Shown here piece by piece: positions 17,356 to 33,102 of a DNA stretch of 64,000 nt. The notes under the pieces were generated by a model. It was given only the letters and a program-made list of their open reading frames with translations. It was not told where the DNA came from and did not search any database. Every line of letters begins with the position of its first letter. The stretch's first letter is position 1. The stretch lies in NCBI GenBank assembly GCA_964398185.1, contig CAYNML010000022.1, positions 6,877-70,876 of the forward strand, given 5' to 3'. This DNA comes from an uncultured Anaerolineae bacterium (GTDB lineage Bacteria > Chloroflexota > Anaerolineae > Fen-1058). Position numbers and translations under genes: made by a program.

Positions 17356-19050
17356 TCAGGTGGGCAGCGGGGTAGTGCACGGCACGGTAAACTGCACGGT
17401 TGTGCCCTTGCCGACTTCACTGGTGGCCCAGATTCTGCCGCCGTTGCGCTGCACCATTTCCTGGCAGATGATCAAGCCCAGACCGGTGCCGGGCTCGTTC
17501 TCGGTGCCGACCGTGCTGTGCTGGGTATCAATGCGGAACAGATTCGCCAGGACGGCGTCGGTCATGCCCACGCCCGTGTCCTGCACGGCGATGGTGACAA
17601 AGCCGGGCAGCCGATACGCGCTGCCGGTATGTGCGCTGAGCGTGACTTGTCCGCCGCGCGGGGTGAACTTCAGCGCATTGCCGGCGAGGTTGCGCATGAC
17701 GGTTTCCAGCATGTTCCGATCGGCGTGTACCCACAACCCCGGCTCGATGGTGTGGCTGAGTGCGATCTCTTTCTGGGCAGCGACCGGGTCTAAGACGCGA
17801 TGCACGGTGCGCACGACCTCGATCAACTCAAGCGGTTCAGGGTTGTACGCGAGGCCGCCTTCACGCTGCAAGCGTGACCACGTCAACAGGTTCTCCAGCA
17901 GGTTGTAGACCGCGCGCGCGCCGTGATGTATGCTCTGGGCGATGTTCTTGAGTTCGGCCGGGCTGGCCGTATCGACGGACTTGAGCAGGAACTTGGCGTT
18001 GCCCAGCACAATGTTGAACGGGCTGCGCAGATCGTGCGAGATGATCGAGAAGAATTTGTCCTTGTCGGCGTTCAGCCGCGCCAGGGCCTGGGCTTTTTCC
18101 TCTTCCGCGCCGCGCAGATCTTTTTCGAGTTTGTAGACCAGCGCATTGCCGATGGCGATGGTGATCTGGTTGGCCAGCATCTGCAGGACCTGCTGATCTT
18201 CGGCGTCGAAAGCGGCCGGCTGCTCGCTCCAAATGTCCAGCGCGCCGATGGTCTGCTGCCCCACGCGCAGCGGCAGCACAATTTGGGAGCGCATCTGCGG
18301 CGGGCCTTCGGGGCGCAGCGATTCCGGCACGTCGGCGACGTTGCCGATGAGCACCGCTTCGCCGCTGCGGCAGACGCACGCTACGACGCTGGCGGCGCCG
18401 TCGAGCGGGATCGAAAAATCGGGGCTGGAGAGCTGGCCGTTGAAATCGATCCCTGCGCGCAGCAGGACCTTGTCGTGGCGATCGCTCAACAGCCAGATGC
18501 CGACGAAGTAATAGCCAAACCGGGATTGAATGGACTTGACCACCGCCGTCAGCAGTTCGTTCATATCGAGGATGGACGTCACCTGCTGGCTGATCTGACT
18601 GCTGGCCTCCAATTCGTTCGCGCGCTTGGACAACACGGCGTTCGCCTGCTGCACGGCCCGGCGCTGCTGGTACAACTCGACGAAGATCTTCAGCTTGCTG
18701 AGCAGAATCTCTGGCACGAAAGGCTTGCTCATGAAGTCGACCGCGCCCGCTTCGTAGCCCTTGCGGTGGTGATACTCGTCGGAAAAAATGGCGCTGACGA
18801 AGATGACGGGCAGGGTGGCCGTGCCTTCATTGCTGCGCAGCAGCTCGACCAGTTCATAACCGTCCATGCCCGGCATCTGAATGTCCACCACAGCCACGCA
18901 GAAATCGTGCTCCAGCACCAATCCCAGCGCTTCCGGCCCGGAGAGCGCCTCAAGCACGTCGACGTCCAGGCTCTTGAGCAGCTTGTTCAGCGCGAACAAG
19001 TTCTCCGGCTTGTCATCCACGATGAGGATTTTGGGGCGATCGAGTTTCAT
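17356..19050 (-). CDS. response-regulator receiver + GAF + histidine kinase (HisKA/HATPase_c)
   Basis: REC (ILIVDD...DVLEALSG...D), GAF region, H-box SIISHDLRSP, HATPase G-boxes (GTGLGL). Confidence 0.85.
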   Translation of the reverse strand: MKLDRPKILIVDDKPENLFALNKLLKSLDVDVLEALSGPEALGLVLEHDFCVAVVDIQMPGMDGYELVELLRSNEGTATLPVIFVSAIFSDEYHHRKGYEAGAVDFMSKPFVPEILLSKLKIFVELYQQRRAVQQANAVLSKRANELEASSQISQQVTSILDMNELLTAVVKSIQSRFGYYFVGIWLLSDRHDKVLLRAGIDFNGQLSSPDFSIPLDGAASVVACVCRSGEAVLIGNVADVPESLRPEGPPQMRSQIVLPLRVGQQTIGALDIWSEQPAAFDAEDQQVLQMLANQITIAIGNALVYKLEKDLRGAEEEKAQALARLNADKDKFFSIISHDLRSPFNIVLGNAKFLLKSVDTASPAELKNIAQSIHHGARAVYNLLENLLTWSRLQREGGLAYNPEPLELIEVVRTVHRVLDPVAAQKEIALSHTIEPGLWVHADRNMLETVMRNLAGNALKFTPRGGQVTLSAHTGSAYRLPGFVTIAVQDTGVGMTDAVLANLFRIDTQHSTVGTENEPGTGLGLIICQEMVQRNGGRIWATSEVGKGTTVQFTVPCTTPLPT

Positions 19051-19071
19051 CTAAGTCACACGGCAACAACT

Positions 19072-24360
<5,289 letters not shown>

Positions 24361-24400
24361 TCACCGCGTCCTCGCGGACGGCGAGCAGGATAATAAAAAT

Positions 24401-24979
24401 CTACTGAACGATCTTCACGAACAACTTGCCGATTTCCGGCACGGCTAAGATGTGATCAACCGGCGCGGCTTCCAGCGCAGCTTGCGGCATGTACGTGCTC
24501 TCGGCCGTGCGCGGATCCTGCACCACCGCCAAGCCGCCGCGTTCCTTGATTTTTCGCAAGCCCGCGGCCCCATCGTTATTCGCACCCGTCAGCACCACGC
24601 CCACGACGTGCGCGCCATAAGCCTGCACTGCGCTCTCGAACAGCACGTCGATGGCGGGCCGGCAGAAGTTCACGCGCTCGTCGATGGACAACGAGAAGGT
24701 GTGATCCTTTTCGATCAGCAGATGATAATTCGGCGGGGCCAGATAGATCGTGCCTGGCTGAATCGCTTCTTTCTCATCGGCCTCTTTTACTCGTAGCGCG
24801 CACAGGCTGTCCAGTCGTGCCACGTGCGAACTATCCTGCCGCGGATGCAGATGCACCACAATCGCGATCGGGAGCGGGTATCCCGCCGGGAGCGTGGGCA
24901 GCAGTTCGGTCAGCGCCGTCAGCGCGCCGGCCGATCCACCGATGACGATAATCTGATTGAACCTGTCAGGCGAGGTCAT
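24401..24979 (-). CDS. cheB: CheB-type chemotaxis protein-glutamate methylesterase catalytic domain (no receiver domain)
   Basis: IVIGGSAGALTAL...VVLTGANNDGAAGL matches the CheB_methylest catalytic domain. Confidence 0.85.
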   Translation of the reverse strand: MTSPDRFNQIIVIGGSAGALTALTELLPTLPAGYPLPIAIVVHLHPRQDSSHVARLDSLCALRVKEADEKEAIQPGTIYLAPPNYHLLIEKDHTFSLSIDERVNFCRPAIDVLFESAVQAYGAHVVGVVLTGANNDGAAGLRKIKERGGLAVVQDPRTAESTYMPQAALEAAPVDHILAVPEIGKLFVKIVQ

Positions 24980-25859
24980 GGGTCTGTCGCTGGCCGCGCT
25001 TCTGATAGATGCTGGCGCGCTCGTCGATGGTCTTGAATTGATCGATCGCCGCAGAATACTGCAGCGATTCCTTGCTGCCCAGACAGAGGAACCCGCCCGG
25101 CGCTAGGCTCGCGGCGAACAGCCCCAGCACGCGCTGCTGCAAGTCCTTGTCGAAATAGATCAGCACGTTGCGGCAGAAGATCACTTGCACTTCGCTGAAG
25201 ACGCCGTCGGTGGCCAGGTTGTGACTGGCGAAAGTGATGCGGCGCTTCAACGCCGGATCCATGATGGCCAGTTCGTACTTGGCGTGGTAGTAGTCAGCGA
25301 ACGATCGAATGCCGCCGGCGCTGAGGTAGTTCAGCGAATATTGGCGCATGTCCTTCAGCGAGTAGATCCCCTCACGCGCTTTGTCCAGCACCGCGTCGTT
25401 GTAGTCCGTGGCGAAAATCGTCGCGCGCTCGTACAACCCCTCTTCCTGGAGCACGATGGCCAGCGAGTATACCTCTTCGCCCATGGCGCAGCCGGCATGC
25501 CACACGCGGAGGTAGGGATAGGTCTTCAAGTAGGGGACGACGGTCTGGCGGAAGGCGCGGTAGAAATCGGGGTCGCGGAACATCTCGGTGACGGCGATCG
25601 AGAAACCCTGAATGGCGGTCTGCGAAAAACCTTCATCGTACAGCAGGCGGGGGATCATCTCCGTGACGCGGGTGCAGCCGGTGATTTCCAACAGGCGCTG
25701 CACCCGGCGCTTGACCGAGGCGCGGGCATAATGCCGGAAGTCGTAGCCGTAGCGCTGAAAGATCGCCTCTAAAAACAGATTGATTTCGATGTCTTCAATA
25801 TCGTCTGGTTCCGTCACGGACATGGGCGGTCGCTCTCGGCGCCAATCAGCGAGCCTCAA
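24966..25859 (-). CDS. cheR: CheR-type protein-glutamate O-methyltransferase
   Basis: CheR N-terminal helical region and SAM-MTase core (RVWHAGCAMGEEVYSLAI...IFCRNVLIYF). An alternative internal start lies at MSVTEP (25823). Confidence 0.85.
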   Translation of the reverse strand: MRLADWRRERPPMSVTEPDDIEDIEINLFLEAIFQRYGYDFRHYARASVKRRVQRLLEITGCTRVTEMIPRLLYDEGFSQTAIQGFSIAVTEMFRDPDFYRAFRQTVVPYLKTYPYLRVWHAGCAMGEEVYSLAIVLQEEGLYERATIFATDYNDAVLDKAREGIYSLKDMRQYSLNYLSAGGIRSFADYYHAKYELAIMDPALKRRITFASHNLATDGVFSEVQVIFCRNVLIYFDKDLQQRVLGLFAASLAPGGFLCLGSKESLQYSAAIDQFKTIDERASIYQKRGQRQTHDLA

Positions 25860-26118
25860 TTTCTTTGATTAAGAATCTTTAATACAAAAAAGTATAGTCG
25901 AATTTTGTCCCCGCAATGTTGCACTTCCATTTCAGAACCATTTCAGTTTGGCCCTGCGCGCGGGTGAGGATTGCACGACCGGGCATTGGCGGAACAAGAG
26001 TTTGCGCGAGGTTGGGCACGCGGCAGAAAGCGCGTCCGCGGTCTAGCCGGCATTCGTCAGGCCTGCGGTTTCACGTTATAATGAGCTTACCCCCACCCTT
26101 TTCAACAGGAGCATAGCC

Positions 26119-27285
26119 ATGCCGGGCCCTAACCTCGATCTCACCGAAGAGCATCAGATGATTCGTGACACCGCGCGCGATTTTGCGCAGAACGAAATCG
26201 CGCCCATCGCCGCACACTTCGACGAAACCGGCGAGTTCCCGCGCGAGACGATCAAGAAGATGGGCGCGCTGGGCTTGATGGGTATCGAAGTGCCCGAAGA
26301 GTACGGCGGCGCGGGCCTGGACACGCTGGCCTACGTGCTGGCGATGATCGAAATCGCCAGGGCCGACGTGAGCCACAGCACCATCATGTCGGTGAACAAT
26401 TCGCTGTACTGCCACGGCATTCTGAAGTTCGGCACGGAAGCGCAGAAAAAGAAGTACGTCGTGCCGATTGCCACCGGCCAGAAGATCGGCGCGTATTCGC
26501 TGACGGAGCCGATGAGCGGATCGGATGCGGGCACGATGAAGAGCCGCGCCGTGCGCGACGGTGATCACTACATCGTCAATGGCCGCAAGAGTTGGGTCAC
26601 GTCCGGCCCGGTGGCCGATTACATCGTGTTATTCACGATGACGGCGCCGGAGTTGAAGCACAAGGGTATCACCGCGTTCATCGTGGAAGCCGATCAGCCG
26701 GGGTTCATTCGCGGCAAGAAGGAACCGAAGTTGGGCATTCGCGCCTCGGCCACGTCCGAGATTGTGTTCGAGGACTATCGGGTGCCGGTGGAAAACCGCC
26801 TGGGTGAAGAAGGCGAAGGCTTCAAGATCGCGATGACGGTGCTGGATGCGGGCCGTATTGGCATTGCGAGTCAGGCGCTGGGTGTGGCCGAGGCCGCGTT
26901 TGAAGCGGCGGTGAGTTACGCGAAAGAGCGTGAAGCGTTCGGCCAGCCGATCGGACAGTTTCAGGGCATTCAGTGGATGCTGGCCGATATGAAGACGCGC
27001 CTCGAGGCGGCACGCTTGTTGATCTGGAATGCGGCATTGGCGAAGGAACGATCGAAGCACGATGGCGGACGTTATACGCTGGAAGCCAGCATGGCGAAGT
27101 TGTTCGCCAGCGAAACCGCGATGTGGGTCACCGAGAAAGCCGTGCAGATTCACGGCGGCATGGGCTACAGCAAGGAACTGCCGCTGGAGCGCTATTTCCG
27201 CGATGCGAAGATCACCGAGATCTACGAAGGCACCAGCGAGATTCAACGGCTGGTCATCGCGCGGAATGTGCTGGGAATGAAGTAA
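26119..27285 (+). CDS. acyl-CoA dehydrogenase (short/branched-chain, butyryl-CoA dehydrogenase-like)
   Basis: AGGAG RBS. 388 aa with canonical ACAD N/M/C domains ending YEGTSEIQRLVIAR. Confidence 0.9.
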   Translation: MPGPNLDLTEEHQMIRDTARDFAQNEIAPIAAHFDETGEFPRETIKKMGALGLMGIEVPEEYGGAGLDTLAYVLAMIEIARADVSHSTIMSVNNSLYCHGILKFGTEAQKKKYVVPIATGQKIGAYSLTEPMSGSDAGTMKSRAVRDGDHYIVNGRKSWVTSGPVADYIVLFTMTAPELKHKGITAFIVEADQPGFIRGKKEPKLGIRASATSEIVFEDYRVPVENRLGEEGEGFKIAMTVLDAGRIGIASQALGVAEAAFEAAVSYAKEREAFGQPIGQFQGIQWMLADMKTRLEAARLLIWNAALAKERSKHDGGRYTLEASMAKLFASETAMWVTEKAVQIHGGMGYSKELPLERYFRDAKITEIYEGTSEIQRLVIARNVLGMK

Positions 27286-27295
27286 CTACTGGGAA

Positions 27296-27372
27296 CGTCA
27301 TTGCGAGCGAAGCGAAGCAATCTCGGTTTGACCGAGGCGGAGACTGCTTCGCTGCGAAGCGCTCGCAGTGAC
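27296..27372. repeat. REP-like nested palindrome, family A copy 2
   Basis: acgtcattgcgagcgaagcgaagcaatctc...gagactgcttcgc...cgctcgcagtgacg. Confidence 0.7.
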
Positions 27373-27386
27373 GCAGATAGGCGATC

Positions 27387-27791
27387 ATGAAACGTCCGTT
27401 CGTCGTAACTCTGTTCAGCCTGTTGGTGTTATTACTCGCGGCCTGGAATGTCTTTCAGATCATCAGCGTGTGGCAGCGCTACGATCTGATGCGCGTGCTG
27501 AATGTGACGACCCCGGCAAATCTCTTGATCGTGATGGGAGCGACCTGGGCGATCGGGTTTGGGTTGGCCGCGTGGGGGTTGTGGCGGCTGCGCTCGTGGG
27601 GACGCACGTGGATGCTGATCGCCATTGTCGCGTATCAAGCCCAGCAATGGATTATGCGCTTCACGCTGGTACGCTCATCCGATGAAGTCGTTCGCCGCCC
27701 GGCGGATTTGTTCCTGTCACTGTTGAGCATCGCCGTGGTGTGGGGCTTTTTGTTCATTCCGAAGATTCGCAGACTGTATCGTAACGAGTAA
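27387..27791 (+). CDS. hypothetical membrane protein (4 TM)
   Basis: 134 aa with hydrophobic helices. No family recognised. Confidence 0.5.
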   Translation: MKRPFVVTLFSLLVLLLAAWNVFQIISVWQRYDLMRVLNVTTPANLLIVMGATWAIGFGLAAWGLWRLRSWGRTWMLIAIVAYQAQQWIMRFTLVRSSDEVVRRPADLFLSLLSIAVVWGFLFIPKIRRLYRNE

Positions 27792-27838
27792 CGAGTAACC
27801 AGTAACGAGCAAAAATTACGTGTTACTCGTTACTCATT
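27781..27838. repeat. hairpin repeat family C (GTAACGAGTAAC units; arms gtaacgagtaacgagtaacc / ggttactcgttactc)
   Basis: Palindrome starts in the stop codon of the membrane gene. Related copies at 48728-48754 (half) and 59812-59866. Confidence 0.65.
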
Positions 27839-27853
27839 ATCAGCGGGGTATTC

Positions 27854-29407
27854 ATGTCCACAATTGATCCCAAGATTCAACGCCTTTACAATCTGCGCGA
27901 ACAGGCCCGGCAGGGCGGCGGAGCCGATCGGGTGGAGAAGCAGCACGCGCAGGGCAAGCTCACCGCGCGCGAACGGATCGACCTGCTGCTCGACAGCGGC
28001 TCGTTCCGCGAACTCGATATGTTCGTCCAGCATCGCGCCACTGATTTCGGCATGGGCGACAAGAAATATCTGGGTGACAGCGTCGTCACCGGCTGGGGCA
28101 CCATCGAGGGCCGGCTGGTCTACATTTTCTCGCAGGATTTCACGGTGTTCGGCGGCAGCCTCAGCCAGGTGCACGCGCAGAAGATTTGCAAGGTCATGGA
28201 CCTGGCGCTGAAAAACGGCGCGCCCCTCATCGGCCTCAACGATTCCGGCGGGGCGCGCATTCAAGAGGGCGTGGTCTCGTTGGGCGGTTACGCCGATATT
28301 TTTCTACGCAACACGCTGGCGTCAGGCGTGGTGCCGCAGATCAGCGCCATCATGGGGCCATGTGCGGGCGGTGCGGTTTATTCGCCGGCGCTGACCGATT
28401 TCATCTTCATGGTGAAGAATACGTCGTACATGTTCATCACCGGGCCGGATGTGGTGAAGGCCGTGACGCACGAAGATGTAACCTTTGAAGAACTGGGCGG
28501 CGCGATCGTGCACAACAGCAAGAGCGGCGTCGCGCATTTTGCGTCGGACAGCGAAGCCGATTGCCTGTACATGATCCGGCAGCTGCTGGCTTATCTGCCG
28601 CAGAACAACCTGGAGGATCCGCCGTTCGTGCCGACGCAGGACGATCCGCTGCGGATGGAAGAGGCCCTCAACTCGATCGTGCCCGACAATCCCAACAAGC
28701 CGTACGACATGAAGGAAGTGATCCGCCTCATTGTGGATGAAGGAACGTTCTTTGAAGTGCAGGAACATTTCGCCATGAACATCGTGGTGGGCTTTGCGCG
28801 GCTGGGCGGGCACTCGATCGGCATTGTGGCGCAGCAGCCGCAAGTGCTGGCCGGCGTGCTCGACATCGATTCCAGTGAGAAGGCAGCGCGCTTCATCCGC
28901 TTCTGCGATTCGTTCAACATCCCGCTGATCACCTTTGAAGATGTACCCGGCTTTTTGCCCGGCCTCAGCCAGGAACATGGCGGCATCATTCGATCGGGCG
29001 CGAAACTACTGTATGCGTACTGCGAAGCGACTGTGCCCAAGATCACCGTCATCACACGCAAGGCCTATGGCGGCGCGTACGACGTGATGAACAGCAAGCA
29101 CGTGCGCGGCGATCTGAACCTGGCGTGGCCCACCGCCGAGATCGCGGTGATGGGGCCGGACGGCGCGGTGAACATCATCTTCCGCGATGAACTGCGCAAA
29201 GCCGCAGACCCGGTGGCGAAGAAGGCCGAATTGGTAGCAATGTACCGCGAGAAGTTCGCCAATCCGTATGTGGCGGCGGAGTGGGGCTACATCGACGACG
29301 TGATCGAGCCGAAGGAAACGCGCCCGCGCCTGATCAACGCGCTGGAAATGTTGCAAAACAAGCGCGATTCCAATCCGCCCAAGAAGCACGGGAATATTCC
29401 GTTGTAG
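27854..29407 (+). CDS. pccB: acyl-CoA carboxylase carboxyltransferase (beta) subunit, propionyl-CoA carboxylase PccB-like
   Basis: 517 aa. N- and C-terminal carboxyltransferase halves with the typical methylmalonyl-CoA decarboxylase/PccB motifs. Confidence 0.9.
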   Translation: MSTIDPKIQRLYNLREQARQGGGADRVEKQHAQGKLTARERIDLLLDSGSFRELDMFVQHRATDFGMGDKKYLGDSVVTGWGTIEGRLVYIFSQDFTVFGGSLSQVHAQKICKVMDLALKNGAPLIGLNDSGGARIQEGVVSLGGYADIFLRNTLASGVVPQISAIMGPCAGGAVYSPALTDFIFMVKNTSYMFITGPDVVKAVTHEDVTFEELGGAIVHNSKSGVAHFASDSEADCLYMIRQLLAYLPQNNLEDPPFVPTQDDPLRMEEALNSIVPDNPNKPYDMKEVIRLIVDEGTFFEVQEHFAMNIVVGFARLGGHSIGIVAQQPQVLAGVLDIDSSEKAARFIRFCDSFNIPLITFEDVPGFLPGLSQEHGGIIRSGAKLLYAYCEATVPKITVITRKAYGGAYDVMNSKHVRGDLNLAWPTAEIAVMGPDGAVNIIFRDELRKAADPVAKKAELVAMYREKFANPYVAAEWGYIDDVIEPKETRPRLINALEMLQNKRDSNPPKKHGNIPL

Positions 29408-29424
29408 ACAGCGGAGGTTTGAAT

Positions 29425-29847
29425 ATGGGCATTGCTCGCACCTCACCCCCAGCATCTGCCATTAAACCCTTCCGCGTGCGGCGCAGCACGCAGGTGGCGC
29501 CGGCCTCGTTTTACTGGTGGCCGATCACCGAAGCCAAGATCCGGCGCGCGGCGCAGAAACTGGTCGATGAATTACAGCCGGAGAAGATCATTCTCTTTGG
29601 GTCGTTCGCTTACGGCCATCCGACCATTGATAGCGACGTCGATCTGTTGATCGTCATGCGCAGCAAGGCCCGGCCAGTCGATCGAATCCGACAAGCTTCA
29701 GCCGTGCTTGATCCGCGGCCGTTCCCAGTAGACATCATTGTGCGGACGCCGGCTGAAATTGCGGAGCGGCTTCGCGTCAAAGACTGCTTTATCGAAGAAA
29801 TTGTAACCAAAGGCAAAGTGCTTTATGAGCGCTCATCCCAGCGTTGA
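29425..29847 (+). CDS. nucleotidyltransferase-domain protein (MNT-type antitoxin)
   Basis: GGAGG RBS then ATG 29425. GSFAYG...DSDVDLLIV nucleotidyltransferase motif. The longer track ORF overlaps pccB and lacks an RBS. Confidence 0.75.
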   Translation: MGIARTSPPASAIKPFRVRRSTQVAPASFYWWPITEAKIRRAAQKLVDELQPEKIILFGSFAYGHPTIDSDVDLLIVMRSKARPVDRIRQASAVLDPRPFPVDIIVRTPAEIAERLRVKDCFIEEIVTKGKVLYERSSQR

Positions 29848-30214
29848 GTGGATTGAAAAGGCTGAGGGCAATTACGACAGTGCGCGGGTTTTGATGCGCC
29901 AGCGCAAGCACCTCGTGCCTGACGTCGTGTGCAATCAGTGTCAGCAGTGTGCGGAGAAATATCTCAAGGCGCTGTTGGTCAGACACGGCTTGAGCTTTCC
30001 CAAAACACATGATCTAACCCAACTCAAAAACCTGATTAAATCAATTGACGCCGACATACTCCTGATCGCGCCTGCGCTAGAGACACTGAATCCATACGGC
30101 ATCGATGTGCGTTATCCAGGATTGCAGGCAACCGCTGGCGATGCGCGTGAGGCCGTCGTTGCGATGAAGGCGGTGCGCAAATTCGCGCGCGCCAAACTGG
30201 GTCTCAAGCCGTAA
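29825..30214 (+). CDS. HEPN-domain protein (toxin partner of the MNT)
   Basis: Overlaps the MNT gene by 23 nt. HEPN helices with R...H motif region (...FPKTHDLTQL). Confidence 0.7.
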   Translation: MSAHPSVEWIEKAEGNYDSARVLMRQRKHLVPDVVCNQCQQCAEKYLKALLVRHGLSFPKTHDLTQLKNLIKSIDADILLIAPALETLNPYGIDVRYPGLQATAGDAREAVVAMKAVRKFARAKLGLKP

Positions 30215-30236
30215 TTGCAGTCAGGGGAATTCATTC

Positions 30237-31739
30237 ATGTTCCAAAAAATCCTCATCGCCAATCGCGGCGAGATCGCCTTACGCATTCAGCGGGCCTGCC
30301 GCGAGTTGGGCATCCACACCGTCGCGGTCTATTCCGATGTCGATCGCAATGCGCTGCACGTGCGCTACGCCGACGAGGCGTACCTCATCGGACCGGCGCC
30401 GTCGCGCGAATCGTATCTGCGCGCCGACAAGATTCTGGAGGTGGCGCGGAAGTCCGGTGCGGATGCGATCCATCCCGGTTACGGTTTTCTCGCCGAGCGG
30501 GAAGACTTTGCGCAGGCGTGCGCCGACGAGGGGATCAAATTCATCGGGCCTAAGCCGTCCGCCATCGCTGCGATGGGCGATAAGGCCGTGGCGCGCGCGA
30601 CCGTGCAGAAAGCGGGTGTGCCTGTGGTGCCCGGCACCGAGGGGGAGGGCGGTCTGCGCGACGAAGAGATCATCGCCATCGCGCCGCAGATCGGTTTTCC
30701 ATTGCTGATCAAGGCGACGGCGGGGGGCGGGGGCAAAGGGATGCGGCGGGTCGATCGGATGGAGGATCTGCCCGGCGCACTGGCCTCCGCACGGCGTGAA
30801 GCGGAAGCGGCCTTCGGCGATGGATCGGTCTATCTCGAAAAACTGGTGCAGGGTGCGCGTCACATCGAGATTCAACTGCTGGCCGACGAGCACGGCAATG
30901 TCATCCATCTGGGCGAGCGCGAATGCTCGATCCAACGCCGGCATCAGAAGATCATCGAAGAGTCGCCGTCCCCCGCGATCGATGCGGAGTTGCGCGAGCG
31001 GATGGGCAGCATCGCCGTGAAAGCCGCGCAGGCGGTGGACTATCACAACGCCGGCACGATCGAATTCCTGCTCGACAAAGACAAGAACTTCTACTTCCTC
31101 GAAATGAACACGCGCCTGCAGGTGGAGCATCCCATCACCGAGATCGTCACCGGCACGGACATCGTGAAAGAGCAGATTCGCATCGCGCGCGGACGACCGC
31201 TGCGCTTGAAGCAGCGCAACATCAAGCAGCGCGGCTGGGCGATCGAGTGCCGCCTCAACGCCGAAGATCCGTTCAACAATTTCATGCCGTCGACGGGCAC
31301 CATCACGCGCATCGAGCGCCCGACCGGCCCCGGTGTGCGCATCGACAGCAGCATGTACGAAGGCGTCGAAGTCACGCCGTATTACGATTCGTTGATCGGC
31401 AAATTGATCTGCTGGGGCGAATCGCGCGCCGAGGCCATCATCCGCATGCGCCGCGCGCTGAACGAATATCGCATCATCGGCGTGCGCACCAACATCCCGT
31501 TCCACCAGGCGATGATGGACAGCCATCGCTTCATTGGCGGCTCGTTCGATACGACGTTCGTCGAAGAACGCTTTGCGCTGGAACACGACGAGCGCCCGGA
31601 CGATGAACGCATCGCGGCGGTGATCGCCACGCTGGTGGAGCATCGCTACGAGCAGCACGCCGCGCAGGTGGTGCGCCGCAACGAGCGCGACACCAGCAAC
31701 TGGAAGTGGATCGCGCGCTGGGAGAGGATGCAGCGATGA
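30237..31739 (+). CDS. accC: biotin carboxylase subunit of acetyl/propionyl-CoA carboxylase
   Basis: MFQKILIANRGEIALRI... ATP-grasp. 500 aa. Confidence 0.9.
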   Translation: MFQKILIANRGEIALRIQRACRELGIHTVAVYSDVDRNALHVRYADEAYLIGPAPSRESYLRADKILEVARKSGADAIHPGYGFLAEREDFAQACADEGIKFIGPKPSAIAAMGDKAVARATVQKAGVPVVPGTEGEGGLRDEEIIAIAPQIGFPLLIKATAGGGGKGMRRVDRMEDLPGALASARREAEAAFGDGSVYLEKLVQGARHIEIQLLADEHGNVIHLGERECSIQRRHQKIIEESPSPAIDAELRERMGSIAVKAAQAVDYHNAGTIEFLLDKDKNFYFLEMNTRLQVEHPITEIVTGTDIVKEQIRIARGRPLRLKQRNIKQRGWAIECRLNAEDPFNNFMPSTGTITRIERPTGPGVRIDSSMYEGVEVTPYYDSLIGKLICWGESRAEAIIRMRRALNEYRIIGVRTNIPFHQAMMDSHRFIGGSFDTTFVEERFALEHDERPDDERIAAVIATLVEHRYEQHAAQVVRRNERDTSNWKWIARWERMQR

Positions 31740-32230
31740 AGTACATCACCACCATCGGCGAGCGGCAGTACACGATCGAGATCAACCGCGACGATCAGAT
31801 CACGATCGACGGCGCGGCCTACCCGATCGATCTGCGCGCCATCGATGAAGCCACCTTTTCGTTGCTGATCGACAACGCCTCGCACGAGGCGCTGGTGGAA
31901 TCGTCGAACGGCGAACTGCACGTGCTGCTGCGCGGGCGCTTATATGCGGTGCGTGTGGAGGATGAACGCGCGAGCCGCCTCAGCCGATCGGGCGGCGGGC
32001 TGCACGCCGCTTCGGGCGAGGTTACGATTAAATCGCCCATGCCCGGTCTCATCGTCGCGATTGCCGTGAGTGAAGGGCAGGCCGTGAAGAAGGGCCAGAC
32101 CGTGGTCGTGCTGGAATCGATGAAGATGGAGAACGAATTGAAAGCCCCGCGTGATGGGACGATCACAGCGATCAAAGTCTCGCCGCGCCAGAGCGTGGAG
32201 CAGGGGCAGCCGCTGGTAGTGCTGACGTAG
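31736..32230 (+). CDS. biotin carboxyl carrier protein (biotinyl domain)
   Basis: ATGA overlap with the accC stop. Biotinylation motif VLESMKMENEL. Confidence 0.85.
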   Translation: MKYITTIGERQYTIEINRDDQITIDGAAYPIDLRAIDEATFSLLIDNASHEALVESSNGELHVLLRGRLYAVRVEDERASRLSRSGGGLHAASGEVTIKSPMPGLIVAIAVSEGQAVKKGQTVVVLESMKMENELKAPRDGTITAIKVSPRQSVEQGQPLVVLT

Positions 32231-32277
32231 CACAACAACAACTTGCGTTATATCTCATTTTGAGATACACTTAAACC

Positions 32278-32565
32278 ATGCACGTCATCTCGCGTAAAGC
32301 CCTGCGCCAGTTCTGGGAACGATACCCGGACAGCAAGACCGCTGTGGCGCGCTGGTTCAAGATTGTGCAGCAGACTAAATTCAGCAACTTTGCCGAGCTG
32401 CGTGCCGCGTTTCCGACGGCAGACAAAGTGGATGATTGGATTGTCTTCAATATTGGCGGCAACAAGTATCGTTTGATCGCGTCGGTGCATTTTAATCGGG
32501 GCAAGGTCTATATCCGCCAAGTTTTGACGCACGCCGAGTATGATCGAGGAGCCTGGAAACAATGA
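32278..32565 (+). CDS. higB: type II toxin HigB (RelE/ParE superfamily)
   Basis: MHVISRKALRQFWERYPDSK...IASVHFNRGKVYIRQVLTHAEYD is the HigB pattern. Toxin-first gene order. Confidence 0.8.
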   Translation: MHVISRKALRQFWERYPDSKTAVARWFKIVQQTKFSNFAELRAAFPTADKVDDWIVFNIGGNKYRLIASVHFNRGKVYIRQVLTHAEYDRGAWKQ

Positions 32566-32963
32566 GCGCTATGCTGACCACCGATCTGAAAACTCATTGG
32601 CCGACCATCCGCCCGTTGCTGACCATCCGCAACGAGCGTGAATACGATCGCGCCGTCAAACTACTGAATGAGCTGCTGGACGAGATCGGCGCGAATGAAC
32701 GCCATCCGCTGTATAGTTTCATGGACACGCTGGGTACACTGATTGAAGCCTACGAAGAAGAGCATCATCCGGTCCCAGCCAGCAGTGGGGCAGAGATGCT
32801 GCGTTACTTTATGGAAGAGCATGGCCTGTCGCAATCTGATCTAGCCGAGATCGGCTCGCAAGGTGTCGTTTCGGAAGTGCTGAATGGCAAGCGCGAACTG
32901 AACGTCCGGCAGGTGCGGGCACTGGCGAAGCGTTTTCACGTATCACCGGCCGTGTTTATTTAA
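32562..32963 (+). CDS. higA: HigA antitoxin (XRE-family HTH)
   Basis: 4-nt overlap with higB. C-terminal HTH LSQSDLAEIGSQGVVSEVLNGKRELNVRQVRALAKRFHVS. Confidence 0.8.
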   Translation: MSAMLTTDLKTHWPTIRPLLTIRNEREYDRAVKLLNELLDEIGANERHPLYSFMDTLGTLIEAYEEEHHPVPASSGAEMLRYFMEEHGLSQSDLAEIGSQGVVSEVLNGKRELNVRQVRALAKRFHVSPAVFI

Positions 32964-33102
32964 GCGGGCGCAGCAAAACCACGCCCGTTTATGATCTCGA
33001 TCACGTAGATCGTAGTCATCCATCACTTGTTGAATTTTCCCCCGCGCGCCACAATTAACCCGAAATTTCCTGCGCTCGATCGAGCGCAAAGAAAGCCGCA
33101 CT

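Noticed and set aside
26629-27246. 205-aa minus-strand ORF inside the acyl-CoA dehydrogenase gene; likewise 30279-31658 (459 aa) antisense to accC, 41392-42759 (455 aa) antisense to NYN/MscS, 49779-51281 (500 aa) antisense to the glycosyltransferase, and 53443-54129 antisense to the response regulator
   Set aside because: All are antisense to strongly supported conserved genes. They are Arg-rich with no start context. I judged them non-coding.
32964-33102. Possible cobalamin riboswitch ahead of the methylmalonyl-CoA mutase gene
   Set aside because: No B12-box-like conserved core or multi-stem architecture is visible. The region contains only a simple higA terminator hairpin (gggcg...cgccc plus a T run) and promoter-like sequence.
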